Notes under the pieces: model-generated | Told to the model about the DNA's origin: nothing | Database searches by the model: none | Seen by the model: only the letters and a program-made list of their open reading frames with translations | Part shown: one piece after another, positions 15,972 through 25,199 of the stretch | Position numbering within the stretch: position 1 is the first letter of the stretch | Layout: each line of letters begins with the position of its first letter | Program-made: the position numbers and the translations under genes | Assembly (NCBI GenBank): GCA_050952805.1 | Contig: JBMNLM010000001.1 | Span: 397,713 to 461,712 of the forward strand | DNA length: 64,000 bases | DNA from: Bacilli bacterium | Lineage (GTDB): Bacteria > Bacillota_I > Bacilli_A > RFN20 > CAG-826 | Reading direction: 5' to 3'

Positions 15972-17141
15972 TTATTCTCCTTCCTTTTCAGTAGTTTCTA
16001 AAACTTCTTCCTTTTTAACTTCGGCTTTTTCTTTAGTTTCCGTTTCTTTAACTACTTTTTTTGTTGTTGTTTTTTTAGGTTTTTCTTCTTTTGGTTCAGC
16101 TTTTGTAGCTTTTTTCGTCGTTTTCTTGGCAACTTCTTTTTCTTCGACTTTTTCTTCAGAAGCTTTAACTTCTTGTTCGACTTCTTCGGCTTCTACTTTT
16201 TCTTCTTTTTTAGCAGTGCCGTGAACCTTAGGTTTGTCGCTATGTTTAGTTTTGACTTTGCGTGGACGACTTTCTTCTTCTAACTCTTCGTCTTTATCTT
16301 CAATTTCACCTTGTTTGTTTAGTGAATCTTCAAGAGTTTCAGGTTCTTCTTCATCGTCTGGCGTATAAGCAACAATCGTCATTCCGCCTTTTGCTTCTGC
16401 AACGGCGTCAGCCATAAGTTGTAAGAAAAGATTAACGGTTTTACTTGCATCATCATTTGCAGGAATACCGTAATCTGCAAGTCTTGGGTCACTGTTTGTA
16501 TCGATTAAGCCAAAAACAGGAATTCCTAATTTTTTCGCTTCTTTTACAGCGTTCATTTCATAAAGTGGGCTCGTAATAACGAGAGCTTCTGGAACACGAC
16601 GCATTTCTTTAATACCACTAAAGTAGAGCGTTAAGCGATCCATTTCTTTACGAACTTTTGAAAGATCTTTCTTTGATAATTCTTCAAAACCACCATCGGC
16701 TTCTTTCATTTCTAATTCACGAAGATAGCGAATCCGGCCTTGAATCGTTCTAAAGTTAGTTAATGTTCCTCCAAGCCAGCGGTAGTTAATGTAAAACGAA
16801 CCGCAACGTTCGGCTTGTTCGCGAACAAAGTCAGCATGTGATTTTCTCGTGCCAACAAATAAGACTTTTCCGCCTCTAGTGACAATATCTTTTAATTTGT
16901 CATAGGCTTCTTCAAATGCTTCAATCGTTTTTTCAAGATTGATAATGTGGACGCCATTTCGTTCACCATAAATATATGGTTTCATTCTTGGATTCCAAAG
17001 TCTTGTTTGGTGACCAAAATGTGCTCCTGCTGTTAATAATTTTTTCATTGTTACAACCGGTAATTGGTTGCTTGGAAGAACTTGATCCATCGTTACTTGT
17101 TCTTCAACGACTTTTTCTTCCACCTTTTTTTCATCACTCAT
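15972..17141 (-). CDS. rpsB: 30S ribosomal protein S2 with a C-terminal lysine/glutamate-rich low-complexity extension of about 135 aa
   Basis: Conserved S2 core up to about residue 255 (GGTLTNF, VFVGTRK). The tail is rich in K, E, T, V and A. ATG at 17139-17141. Confidence 0.9.
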   Translation of the reverse strand: MSDEKKVEEKVVEEQVTMDQVLPSNQLPVVTMKKLLTAGAHFGHQTRLWNPRMKPYIYGERNGVHIINLEKTIEAFEEAYDKLKDIVTRGGKVLFVGTRKSHADFVREQAERCGSFYINYRWLGGTLTNFRTIQGRIRYLRELEMKEADGGFEELSKKDLSKVRKEMDRLTLYFSGIKEMRRVPEALVITSPLYEMNAVKEAKKLGIPVFGLIDTNSDPRLADYGIPANDDASKTVNLFLQLMADAVAEAKGGMTIVAYTPDDEEEPETLEDSLNKQGEIEDKDEELEEESRPRKVKTKHSDKPKVHGTAKKEEKVEAEEVEQEVKASEEKVEEKEVAKKTTKKATKAEPKEEKPKKTTTKKVVKETETKEKAEVKKEEVLETTEKEGE

Positions 17142-17251
17142 GTGTGATCCTCCTTTTTGTTTTTTCCTCCATTAGTTCTAAATTAATTCCTACTAATTAG
17201 CAGACGCGAATTAATAATTCCTAATGTGTGTATTGGTTTTTAACCGGCGAT

Positions 17252-17280
17252 ATTTTACCATAGGTAAAAAGATTGTGCAA
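17252..17280 (-). promoter_or_regulatory. Sigma-A-type promoter of rpsB-tsf
   Basis: Read on the minus strand: -35 TTGCAC (rc of 17275-17280), a 17-nt spacer and -10 TAAAAT (rc of 17252-17257). This leaves a leader of about 100 nt before rpsB. Confidence 0.55.
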
Positions 17281-17320
17281 TAAAAAAGACTACGTAAAAA
17301 CAAGGAAAATTTTAAATTTA

Positions 17321-18247
17321 TTATTCTTCTTTTTTGTCTTTATTGACAAATTGTCTTGGGTGATAGCGCATATAGTCGCTTACAATTTTTTCTTCGGATA
17401 TATGTGTGTAAATGCTTGTTGTATCTAGTGACTCATGACCGAGTAGTTCTTGAATGACACGAATATCTGCTCCGTGGTCTAGAAGATTTGTCGCAAATGA
17501 GTGACGAAAGAGGTGCGGGTGAAGGTCAAGATATTCACCAGTTTTTTGTTCAATATTCATTAATATTTTTTCTAAACCTTGCAAAGTTAATTTATTTCCT
17601 TGAAAGTTAAGAAAAACAATATTTGTCGGTCTCGGGTCTTTACGACGCTTTAAAAGCGTATTTCGTAAGCCTTTTACATAAGTATTAAGAGTATTTAGCG
17701 TTTTTTTATCGCAAATTACCGTTCTTTGCTTGTCGCCTTTTCCAATAATGTTAATTGTTTGGGCACTATAGTTAATGTCTTGTAAAGTTAGGTTAATAAG
17801 TTCGCTAGCTCTTATGCCTGTCGCGAAAAGAAATTCAAGAATCGCCTGATCGCGATCGCGAAGATAATCGGTGCGTTGTCTATTAGCCTCAAGAAGCTGC
17901 TCAACTTCGGAACTAAAAAGGACTCTCGGCAAAGGATTTACAGCTTTTGGACTTTTTATATAAATTGTCGGGTCGTTTGTAACTATCTCTTTATACTGTA
18001 AAAACCAGTAATAGTGGCGAAGCGAGGAAATGTGTCTTTTTACAGTTCTTTTTGAAGAACCTTCTTCAACAAGTTCTTTTAAGTAGTTACGAATTTCGTC
18101 GCGACTTACATCATCGTCAGTTTTATTAATTTTTAAAAGATAGGCATAGTATCTTTCTAAATCACTTACATATGCCTTTATCGTATTTGGCGAATAATTT
18201 CGCTCAAATTTTAGGTAATCGACAAACATTTGAATCGTTTTATTCAT
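17321..18247 (-). CDS. xerC: Tyrosine site-specific recombinase XerC/XerD (CodV-like)
   Basis: 308 aa with an N-terminal SAM-like core-binding domain (LKFERNYSPNTIKAY) and C-terminal catalytic R..HxxR..Y residues (LFRHSFATNLL...IYTH). Conserved trmFO-xerC neighbourhood. Confidence 0.8.
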   Translation of the reverse strand: MNKTIQMFVDYLKFERNYSPNTIKAYVSDLERYYAYLLKINKTDDDVSRDEIRNYLKELVEEGSSKRTVKRHISSLRHYYWFLQYKEIVTNDPTIYIKSPKAVNPLPRVLFSSEVEQLLEANRQRTDYLRDRDQAILEFLFATGIRASELINLTLQDINYSAQTINIIGKGDKQRTVICDKKTLNTLNTYVKGLRNTLLKRRKDPRPTNIVFLNFQGNKLTLQGLEKILMNIEQKTGEYLDLHPHLFRHSFATNLLDHGADIRVIQELLGHESLDTTSIYTHISEEKIVSDYMRYHPRQFVNKDKKEE

Positions 18248-18252
18248 ATTAA

Positions 18253-19539
18253 TTAATTTTCAATTTCTTCTTTAAATTGTTTAATCGAATTAAGCGCTAG
18301 TTCGATTTGTTCTTCTCGCGACAAATTCTTAGGATTTGGGAGAATTCCAAAGTTAGCATTCATCGGCGAAAAGTGAACTGGACTTGCATTAATTATATAA
18401 TTAATAAGCGCTCCGTGCATGGAAAGATATGGAATTTGCAAGGTTTCTTTCTTTTTTAAGCGGTTTAAGACATTGATCGCAACAAGCAATCCGCTTGCCG
18501 CACTTTCAACATATCCTTCGACTCCAGAGAGTTGTCCGGCGATAAAAATATCATTATTTGCTATTAAACTTAGGTCGCTATTTAGACTTGCTGGAGAATT
18601 AATATAAGTGTTTCGGTGCATTAATCCAAAGCGAACAAACTTAGCATTTTCTAGTCCTGGAATTAGACGAAAAACTCGTTCTTGTTCAGAGTAAGTTAAA
18701 TTTGTTTGAAACCCGACAAGATTATAAAGAGTCGCATTTATATCTTCTTGGCGAAGTTGTACGACCGCGAAAGGCCGCGACGCTTTATCTTTTTCTAAAC
18801 CTCTTGGTTTTAATGGACCAAATCTAAGTGTGTCAAAACCTTTTTTTGCCATGACTTCTATTGGCATACAACCTGAAAAATAATTAGTATCAAAACTACT
18901 TACTTTAGCAGTCTTTGCGTTTATTAACTCATTATAAAAAAGTGCATATTCTTCTCTTGTAAACGGACAATTTAAATAACTGTCATCTCCTTGCGAATAG
19001 CGAGATTTAAAATAACCAATATCTAGATTTATTGAAGAAAATTCAATAATTGGACTACTTGCATCAAAGAAATATAATGACTCTTCGCCAATTATTTCTT
19101 TTAGTTCTTGTTCTAGACTAGGACTAGTTAAAGGACCGGAAGCAATAATTGTTATACCTTTAGGAATTTTTGTAACTTCTTCACCAATATATTCAATATT
19201 TGGGTGAGTACGAATTTTCTCATCTAGCGTTCTACTAAAAATTTCGCGATCTACAACTAAAGCATTACCGCCCGGAATTTGACTTTCATCAGCGGCTTTA
19301 ATAATTTCCGAGCCTAAAATGCGCATTTCTTCCTTTAATAGTCCACACGCATTAGTAAGCGCATTATTTTTTAAGGAGTTTGAACATACTAATTCCGCGG
19401 CAAGTTTAGTTTTATGTGCAGGGCTTTCCTTAACTAGACGCATTTCAAAAAGACGAACTTTTATTCCGCGATTAGCTAGATATAATGCTGCTTCTGTGCC
19501 TGCTAAACCAGCACCAATAATATTTACAACTGATTTCAC
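18253..19539 (-). CDS. trmFO: Methylenetetrahydrofolate-tRNA-(uracil54-C5)-methyltransferase TrmFO (Gid)
   Basis: N-terminal NIIGAGLAGTEAAL FAD motif. 428 aa. topA-trmFO synteny. Apparent GTG start at 19537-19539 without an SD. Start uncertain. Confidence 0.8.
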   Translation of the reverse strand: MKSVVNIIGAGLAGTEAALYLANRGIKVRLFEMRLVKESPAHKTKLAAELVCSNSLKNNALTNACGLLKEEMRILGSEIIKAADESQIPGGNALVVDREIFSRTLDEKIRTHPNIEYIGEEVTKIPKGITIIASGPLTSPSLEQELKEIIGEESLYFFDASSPIIEFSSINLDIGYFKSRYSQGDDSYLNCPFTREEYALFYNELINAKTAKVSSFDTNYFSGCMPIEVMAKKGFDTLRFGPLKPRGLEKDKASRPFAVVQLRQEDINATLYNLVGFQTNLTYSEQERVFRLIPGLENAKFVRFGLMHRNTYINSPASLNSDLSLIANNDIFIAGQLSGVEGYVESAASGLLVAINVLNRLKKKETLQIPYLSMHGALINYIINASPVHFSPMNANFGILPNPKNLSREEQIELALNSIKQFKEEIEN

Positions 19540-19564
19540 AACTAAATTATAACAATCATTAATT

Positions 19565-19600
19565 AAAAAGTGGGCAATGAGGATTTTTTGCCCACTTTTT
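19565..19600 (-). terminator. Rho-independent terminator after topA (bidirectional hairpin)
   Basis: 12-bp stem AAAAGTGGGCAA / TTGCCCACTTTT flanked by T-runs in both orientations. Confidence 0.6.
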
Positions 19601-19614
19601 TAAGTTATTTTTCC

Positions 19615-21570
19615 TTAAGATTTTTTACTTTTTCGCCTTCGTTGCATGCTTCGTTTATACGTACAATTTGGGAAGTCACTACAACTTATAAATTGGCCGT
19701 ATTTTGAAGTCTTGTAAACTAGAGGTTCACCACATACAGGACAAAGTCTACCAGTATATTTTTCAATTTTTAAAGATTTACGATAATTACATTCCTTATT
19801 TAAACATTCAATATATGGACGATATTTGCCTTCTTTTACGATTAGGTCTCCGCCACACTTTGGACATTTTTCATCAAGAGGAACATTTTTCGTTTTTTCA
19901 AAAGTTTCATCAAGTTTTTTTGAAAAATCATCATAGAATTCTGTTAAGAAATCATTTTTTGTAAGCTTTCCATCACTAATTTCATCAAGTGATTTTTCTA
20001 AGTTTGCCGTGTATTCATATTGAACGATAGGTTCAAAATATTTTTCTAATATTTCAATTGCTTTCATGCCTTCTTCTGTAGGCGTAAGCGTTCCTTCTCT
20101 TAAGATGTAGTTGTTTTGAGCAAGACGCGAAATAGTAAGAGCGTAAGTTGAAGGTCTTCCAATACCTTTTTCATCCATTTCTTTAATAATTCGCGCTTCA
20201 CTATAGCGTGATGGTGGTTCCGTAAATTTTTGTTCTTCTTCAATATTTAGGATTTTAAATTCATCACCAATATTAAATTCCTTGCCAATTGGGTTAACTT
20301 TACGGTCAAATTGTTCGTAAACGAGGCGATAACCTTTTTCAACAATTTCTTCACCACTCAAAGTGAATAAATTACCATTGCTCGTAAATGTAATTGTCGT
20401 AACTTCTGACTTTGAAGGTGTCATTAAGGAAGCAAGAGACCTGTAATATATAAGGCTATAGAGCTTATATTGATCGTCAGTTAATTTATATTTTTCTCTT
20501 ACTTCATCAGGATAGTTATCTAAACGAGTCGGTTGAATCGCGCTATGGGCGTTTTGAACTTTTTGTTTGCTCGTTAATTTTTGTTTAAGTTTTTTATCGC
20601 GAACATATTCTTGTCCGTATTTACTAGCGATATAATCTTGCGCTTCAGGAATATAGTCTTCTTTTAATCTAACTGTATCCGTACGGAAATAAGTAATTAA
20701 GCCTTCTGGGCGATCCGTTGTTTCAAATAAACTTTGGGCAACACGCATCGTGCGATCACTTTGAAAACCAAAGCGATTAAAGGCTTCTTGTTGAAGACTT
20801 GAAGTCTTAAAAGGAAGTTGCGGTTCTGTAAATTTCGCGCGTTTATTTATATCCTTTACTGTTAAAGTAGGCGCTAAATGTTGAGTTATATCTAATAATG
20901 CAGCCTTATTTGGAATTTTTTTGTTTCCTAAATAATCAGTATTTAGACGTAGCGTATACTCTTTATCTTCATTATTAAAAGTAACGCGAAGGAGCCAGTA
21001 TTCTTCTGGGACAAACGCTTGAATTTCCCGTTCCTTATCAACAATCATTTTTAAGACTGCTGATTGAACTCGACCTGCAGAAGTTAGGAAGGCTCTCGTT
21101 TGTAAAAACTTTGAAAGACCAAAGCCAACAATGCGGTCAAGCATTCTGCGTGATTCTTGGCTTTCAACGAGATTTGGATTAATAGTCGTTAAGTTATCAA
21201 AAGATTCTAAGATTGCTTTTTTAGTTATTTCATAAAATAGCGCTCTTTTTACTTTTTCATCAGGCATATTTAAAACTTGCTTGATGTGCCAAGCAATCGC
21301 TTCCCCTTCGCGATCAGGGTCACTTGCAAGAATAACTTCATCAGCTTCTTTGCTAAGCTTTCTTAAGTTATTAACGATGTTTCTTTTTTCAGGATCTATT
21401 TCATAATATCCTTCAAAACCATTATCAATATCGATACCATATCCGTGTTTTCCTCGTTTTGTACTTAAGTCACGAATATTACCGACACTTGCAGTTACAA
21501 CGTATTCATCTCCAAGATATTCTTGGATTGCTTTTGTCTTATTTGGCGATTCTACAATAACTAACTTCAT
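19615..21570 (-). CDS. topA: DNA topoisomerase I with C-terminal zinc ribbons
   Basis: TOPRIM N-terminus KLVIVESPNKTKAI and C-terminal CPKCG / CPVCG zinc ribbons. The ORF-track start at 21576 is GTG. ATG at 21568-21570 with RBS GAGGTGG is preferred. Confidence 0.9.
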   Translation of the reverse strand: MKLVIVESPNKTKAIQEYLGDEYVVTASVGNIRDLSTKRGKHGYGIDIDNGFEGYYEIDPEKRNIVNNLRKLSKEADEVILASDPDREGEAIAWHIKQVLNMPDEKVKRALFYEITKKAILESFDNLTTINPNLVESQESRRMLDRIVGFGLSKFLQTRAFLTSAGRVQSAVLKMIVDKEREIQAFVPEEYWLLRVTFNNEDKEYTLRLNTDYLGNKKIPNKAALLDITQHLAPTLTVKDINKRAKFTEPQLPFKTSSLQQEAFNRFGFQSDRTMRVAQSLFETTDRPEGLITYFRTDTVRLKEDYIPEAQDYIASKYGQEYVRDKKLKQKLTSKQKVQNAHSAIQPTRLDNYPDEVREKYKLTDDQYKLYSLIYYRSLASLMTPSKSEVTTITFTSNGNLFTLSGEEIVEKGYRLVYEQFDRKVNPIGKEFNIGDEFKILNIEEEQKFTEPPSRYSEARIIKEMDEKGIGRPSTYALTISRLAQNNYILREGTLTPTEEGMKAIEILEKYFEPIVQYEYTANLEKSLDEISDGKLTKNDFLTEFYDDFSKKLDETFEKTKNVPLDEKCPKCGGDLIVKEGKYRPYIECLNKECNYRKSLKIEKYTGRLCPVCGEPLVYKTSKYGQFISCSDFPNCTYKRSMQRRRKSKKS

Positions 21571-21593
21571 TTCCACCTCACTTATGCACCATA

Positions 21594-21622
21594 AATATAA
21601 AGCGACTAAAATGATTTGTCAA
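21594..21622 (-). promoter_or_regulatory. Sigma-A-type promoter of topA
   Basis: Minus-strand -35 TTGACA (rc of 21617-21622), a 17-nt spacer and -10 TATATT (rc of 21594-21599). Confidence 0.55.
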
Positions 21623-21672
21623 ACAATATAAACACGCAAAAAAACGTTTATTTATATAAATAAAAAAACTTA

Positions 21673-22455
21673 TTAATCATTACTATTTTTCCAAATATCA
21701 ATAATGTCTTTTGCGCTCTCTACAAGATAAGCTCCATCGCGAATTAAGCGATTTCCTCCGCTATTATCAGTTGCCCGCCACGGCACGCAAAAGATATCAC
21801 TACCTTTATTAAGGGCATAGTTTACTGTAATTAGTGTCCCTGAGCGAATTTTTGATTCAACGACCAATACTCCTTTAGTTAGGGCAGCAACGATACGATT
21901 GCGCTCTGGAAAGTACTCTCTACTTGGTGTTGTTTCCCCTGGATATTCACTAAGTACTAATCCTTTATTAATAATATCTAGATATAATTCCTTATTTCTT
22001 GCAGGATAAGGCCTATCAATCCCGCTTCCTAAAACAGCGATAGTTTTTCCTTCGTTATTCAAAGCTACTTCATGAGCACAGCCATCAATTCCTGCTGCTA
22101 AGCCGCTTACGATTGTAAAGTCTTCTTTAACTAGGTCACTTACAATCGTTTCCGTTATTTTTAAGCCCGTTTTACTCGCTTTTCTAGATCCAATAACAGC
22201 GATTGCCTTACTAAGATCACTAAGTAAATTAATGTCTCCGTGATAATAAACGACTAACGGAGGTCGATAAATCGTTTTAAAAACATCAGGATAGTCATCA
22301 TCTATAATCGTAAAATAGTTTCCTTTAAAGTTTTTTGTTACTTCCTCTATTTGTTCTTGCGTTACTCGCTCTTTTGTTTCTATTGCATGATAAATCTTGT
22401 CAAAGTCACCTGCATACTTTTGACTAAAATATAATAATATTTCTCTTCCTTTCAC
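21673..22455 (-). CDS. dprA: DNA processing protein DprA (Smf)
   Basis: 260 aa with the Rossmann-like DprA core (VIGSRKAS...GIDGCAH). GTG start with RBS AGGAGG. dprA-topA synteny. Confidence 0.8.
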   Translation of the reverse strand: MKGREILLYFSQKYAGDFDKIYHAIETKERVTQEQIEEVTKNFKGNYFTIIDDDYPDVFKTIYRPPLVVYYHGDINLLSDLSKAIAVIGSRKASKTGLKITETIVSDLVKEDFTIVSGLAAGIDGCAHEVALNNEGKTIAVLGSGIDRPYPARNKELYLDIINKGLVLSEYPGETTPSREYFPERNRIVAALTKGVLVVESKIRSGTLITVNYALNKGSDIFCVPWRATDNSGGNRLIRDGAYLVESAKDIIDIWKNSND

Positions 22456-22501
22456 AAAAAAACCTCCTATTAATAAATAGGCGGCAAAAAGAAGTTTTAA
22501 T

Positions 22502-23125
22502 TTAAAAAAGTTTTAATTGTTCGTAATGAGCATTACTTACTGGTTTATATGAAAAGCGATGAACACCTTTTATTGGACCATAAGTTCGAAGCGCATCTAA
22601 ATGTTTTTTTGTAGGATAACCTTTATTTTGCTTAAAGCCGTATTGCGGATACTTTTTATCTAGTTCATTCATAATTTCATCGCGATGGACTTTTGCAATA
22701 ATTGAGGCTGCGGCAATACTTAGCGAATTTGCATCTCCCTTAACTAATGGGATTACTTTTTTATCACAATTTAAGGGCATCGCATCTGTTAAAACTAAAT
22801 CATATTTAATTTTTATATTACTTAAAGCAATTTCCATTGCTTTTTTACTTGCTTGATAAATATTAATCGCATCAATTTCTGTAGGGGAAATAACGGAAAT
22901 TTGGAAGTCTAAGGCTACATTTTTAAGCTCTTTTGCTAATTCTTCGCGCTTTTTCACACTTAAAACTTTTGAATCATCAATTAAGTCATTCTCATATTTT
23001 GGCGGAAGAATAATCGCACATGCAACAACGGGTCCTGCAAGAGGACCGCGCCCCGCTTCATCAATGCCTACGATGTAGAGAGCGCCTTCTTTACGATATT
23101 CAATGTCTTTATTTTTATTGTGCAT
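22502..23125 (-). CDS. rnhB: Ribonuclease HII
   Basis: 207 aa with the N-terminal GIDEAGRGPLAGPVV motif. rbgA-rnhB order. Confidence 0.85.
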   Translation of the reverse strand: MHNKNKDIEYRKEGALYIVGIDEAGRGPLAGPVVACAIILPPKYENDLIDDSKVLSVKKREELAKELKNVALDFQISVISPTEIDAINIYQASKKAMEIALSNIKIKYDLVLTDAMPLNCDKKVIPLVKGDANSLSIAAASIIAKVHRDEIMNELDKKYPQYGFKQNKGYPTKKHLDALRTYGPIKGVHRFSYKPVSNAHYEQLKLF

Positions 23126-23996
23126 TTGGTGTTTCTAAACTAATTGGTCCAAAAAGACCATTTCTAAATTCTGTAAGGAGTAAATTATTAACACGGTCCT
23201 TAAAATCTGGCCTATCAATAAGAATTCCTCGTCTTTCTGCAATAGCTAGAAATATATCTGGTTCACTGTTTAAATTCAAGGGAATATCAAAACGAGAAAA
23301 TAAATTACTCTTATAATTTTCATATAAAAAGTGAAGTAAATAAGTAGCGAGTACTTCAGTGGGTAATATGTCTTGCCTAATTGAGCAAATAAGTGCAAGA
23401 TTTCTAACTGTTTCTTCATCTTCATAGTTTGGTGGAAGAATTCCTGGAGTATCAATAAGAATAAACTTGTTTTCTACATTAATGAGTTGCTGGGCTCTAG
23501 TTAGTCCTGGTTTATTTTCAACTTTAGCAACTTTACTACCGGCAAGTTTATTAATTAAAGTTGATTTTCCACTATTTGGAATCCCAACGACTAGTACACG
23601 AGGAATAAGCCCTTTATAACCAGTTGAGGCTGTTTTTGTAGGATTAACTTTGCAAATATCAACTATTTTTCTTTTTATTTCATTAATAAAACGATTATTA
23701 TTAAGATTTCCAAAAAGGACGAGCTCATTTTCGCGCTCAAATTCTTCTTCCCAAAGTTTTGTAATATTGTTGTCCGCTAAATCGGTTTTATTAATGATTA
23801 AAAGTCGTTTTTTATTTTTAATTATTTCACCTAAGTGAGGGTTACGACTACTTCGCGGAATACGCGCATCGGCAATTTCAATAACAAGATCAACGACTTT
23901 TAAACGACTCTCGATATTACGGAGAGCCTTTTGCATGTGCCCTGGGAACCAGTGGATATTCTTTTCGTTATTCATTAGTATCTCCGCATATCCCAA
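23115..23996 (-). CDS. rbgA: Ribosome biogenesis GTPase A (YlqF/RbgA), circularly permuted GTPase
   Basis: NKTDLA, GIPNSGKSTLINKL and DTPG motifs in permuted order. 293 aa. Confidence 0.85.
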   Translation of the reverse strand: MGYAEILMNNEKNIHWFPGHMQKALRNIESRLKVVDLVIEIADARIPRSSRNPHLGEIIKNKKRLLIINKTDLADNNITKLWEEEFERENELVLFGNLNNNRFINEIKRKIVDICKVNPTKTASTGYKGLIPRVLVVGIPNSGKSTLINKLAGSKVAKVENKPGLTRAQQLINVENKFILIDTPGILPPNYEDEETVRNLALICSIRQDILPTEVLATYLLHFLYENYKSNLFSRFDIPLNLNSEPDIFLAIAERRGILIDRPDFKDRVNNLLLTEFRNGLFGPISLETPNAQ

Positions 23997-24697
23997 AGCA
24001 AATAATAATGTTTGCCTTTATATTTTCCGTCTTCAAGAATCTCATCAACGTGCCCTGTAATTAAAACAAGAACGCCTACAATGTCTTCACGTTTTATTAA
24101 GCCGACATCATCGACACGCGAATCACTACTGTTTGCTCTATTATCACCCATCACAAAATATTCAAATTCATCAAGGTTTTTAGGATAGGATGCTAAGTTA
24201 CCTTTAGCAGTATTTTGCTTCGCATCACTCGTTAAATACGCTTCATCAAGTGTGACATATTCTTCACTATCTACAGGCCTAATTTGAACTGTATCTTCAG
24301 CGTTTACGCCGCCTTCAATAAAATTAATTCCTTCGTTAGGAAGCGCGATAACGCGTTTAATATAGTGTTCAAAGCCGTCAGACGTATAATGCTTAAAAAC
24401 GATGATGTCGCCGCGCTTTATTTTATCAATAGCCTTTTTATGATTATCAACAAGACCAAATTCCTGATTTTCAAGCGTAGGATACATCGATGTTCCAGAT
24501 ACATAAATTTTCATGTAATACGTATCAACAAAAATTAGTCCCGAACCAATAATCATAAAAAGAATAAAAAGGACCGTAAGGATAATAGAAAGAACTTTTT
24601 TCCATTTTCCTTCACGTTCTTCTTTTTTGTCTTCTACTTCTGGGTGTTCTTCTTTTTTTAGGGCCGTTTCGATTTCAACCATATAATAATTATACAA
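23975..24697 (-). CDS. lepB: Signal peptidase I
   Basis: SGTSMYPTL (catalytic Ser box) and the GDNRANSSDSR box. Single N-terminal TM. The ORF-track start is TTG. ATG at 24680-24682 is an alternative. Confidence 0.8.
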   Translation of the reverse strand: MYNYYMVEIETALKKEEHPEVEDKKEEREGKWKKVLSIILTVLFILFMIIGSGLIFVDTYYMKIYVSGTSMYPTLENQEFGLVDNHKKAIDKIKRGDIIVFKHYTSDGFEHYIKRVIALPNEGINFIEGGVNAEDTVQIRPVDSEEYVTLDEAYLTSDAKQNTAKGNLASYPKNLDEFEYFVMGDNRANSSDSRVDDVGLIKREDIVGVLVLITGHVDEILEDGKYKGKHYYLLWDMRRY

Positions 24698-24750
24698 TAA
24701 TATAGCTAAAACATAAAAAAAACACTCTTCGGTGAAGAGTGTTTAAATTA

Positions 24751-25098
24751 CTAAATTTTTTCTTTAATTCTAGCTTTACGACCAGAACGTTTACGAATAT
24801 AGTAAATTTTGTTTCGTCGTACTTTACCAACTTTTAAGACTTCAATTGAAGCGATAACGGGGGAATGAAGGGGAAATGTCCTTTCAACTCCAACCGTACC
24901 TGATCTTTTACGAACGGTGAATGTTTTGTTAATTCCACCGCCTTGGACTGCAATGACAACGCCTTCAAATGCTTGAATTCTTTGTTTATTGCCTTCAATA
25001 ATCCTAACGTTAACGCGGACTGTATCGCCACTTGCGAACTTAGGAAGATCGGTACGAAGTTGGGAAGCACTAATTTCATTGACTAATTTGTTACTCAT
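24751..25098 (-). CDS. rplS: 50S ribosomal protein L19
   Basis: 115 aa with conserved L19 sequence (FKAGDTVRV..., RRSKLYYLR-like C-terminus). Confidence 0.9.
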   Translation of the reverse strand: MSNKLVNEISASQLRTDLPKFASGDTVRVNVRIIEGNKQRIQAFEGVVIAVQGGGINKTFTVRKRSGTVGVERTFPLHSPVIASIEVLKVGKVRRNKIYYIRKRSGRKARIKEKI

Positions 25099-25165
25099 GA
25101 TTAGGCTCTCCTGTTCTTAAATTGTTTTTTTGTCAACGCACATTGTTTTGTCGCTGACTTATGCA

Positions 25166-25194
25166 ATTGTACCAAAGGTAAATCTATTTGTAAA
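25166..25194 (-). promoter_or_regulatory. Candidate promoter of rplS
   Basis: Minus-strand -35 TTTACA (rc of 25189-25194), a 17-nt spacer and -10 TACAAT (rc of 25166-25171). This gives an rplS leader of about 60 nt. Confidence 0.45.
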
Positions 25195-25199
25195 TAAGA

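Noticed and set aside
15975-16380. The AAG/GAA-rich DNA in the rpsB 3' region as a tandem repeat or VNTR
   Set aside because: The repetition is irregular and reflects low-complexity K/E codon composition in frame with S2. No discrete repeat unit could be defined.
17321-18247. The tyrosine recombinase as a phage or ICE integrase marking a mobile element
   Set aside because: It sits in the conserved dprA-topA-trmFO-xerC housekeeping context, with no attachment-site repeats, cargo genes or tRNA target nearby. It is a chromosomal XerC/CodV dimer-resolution recombinase.
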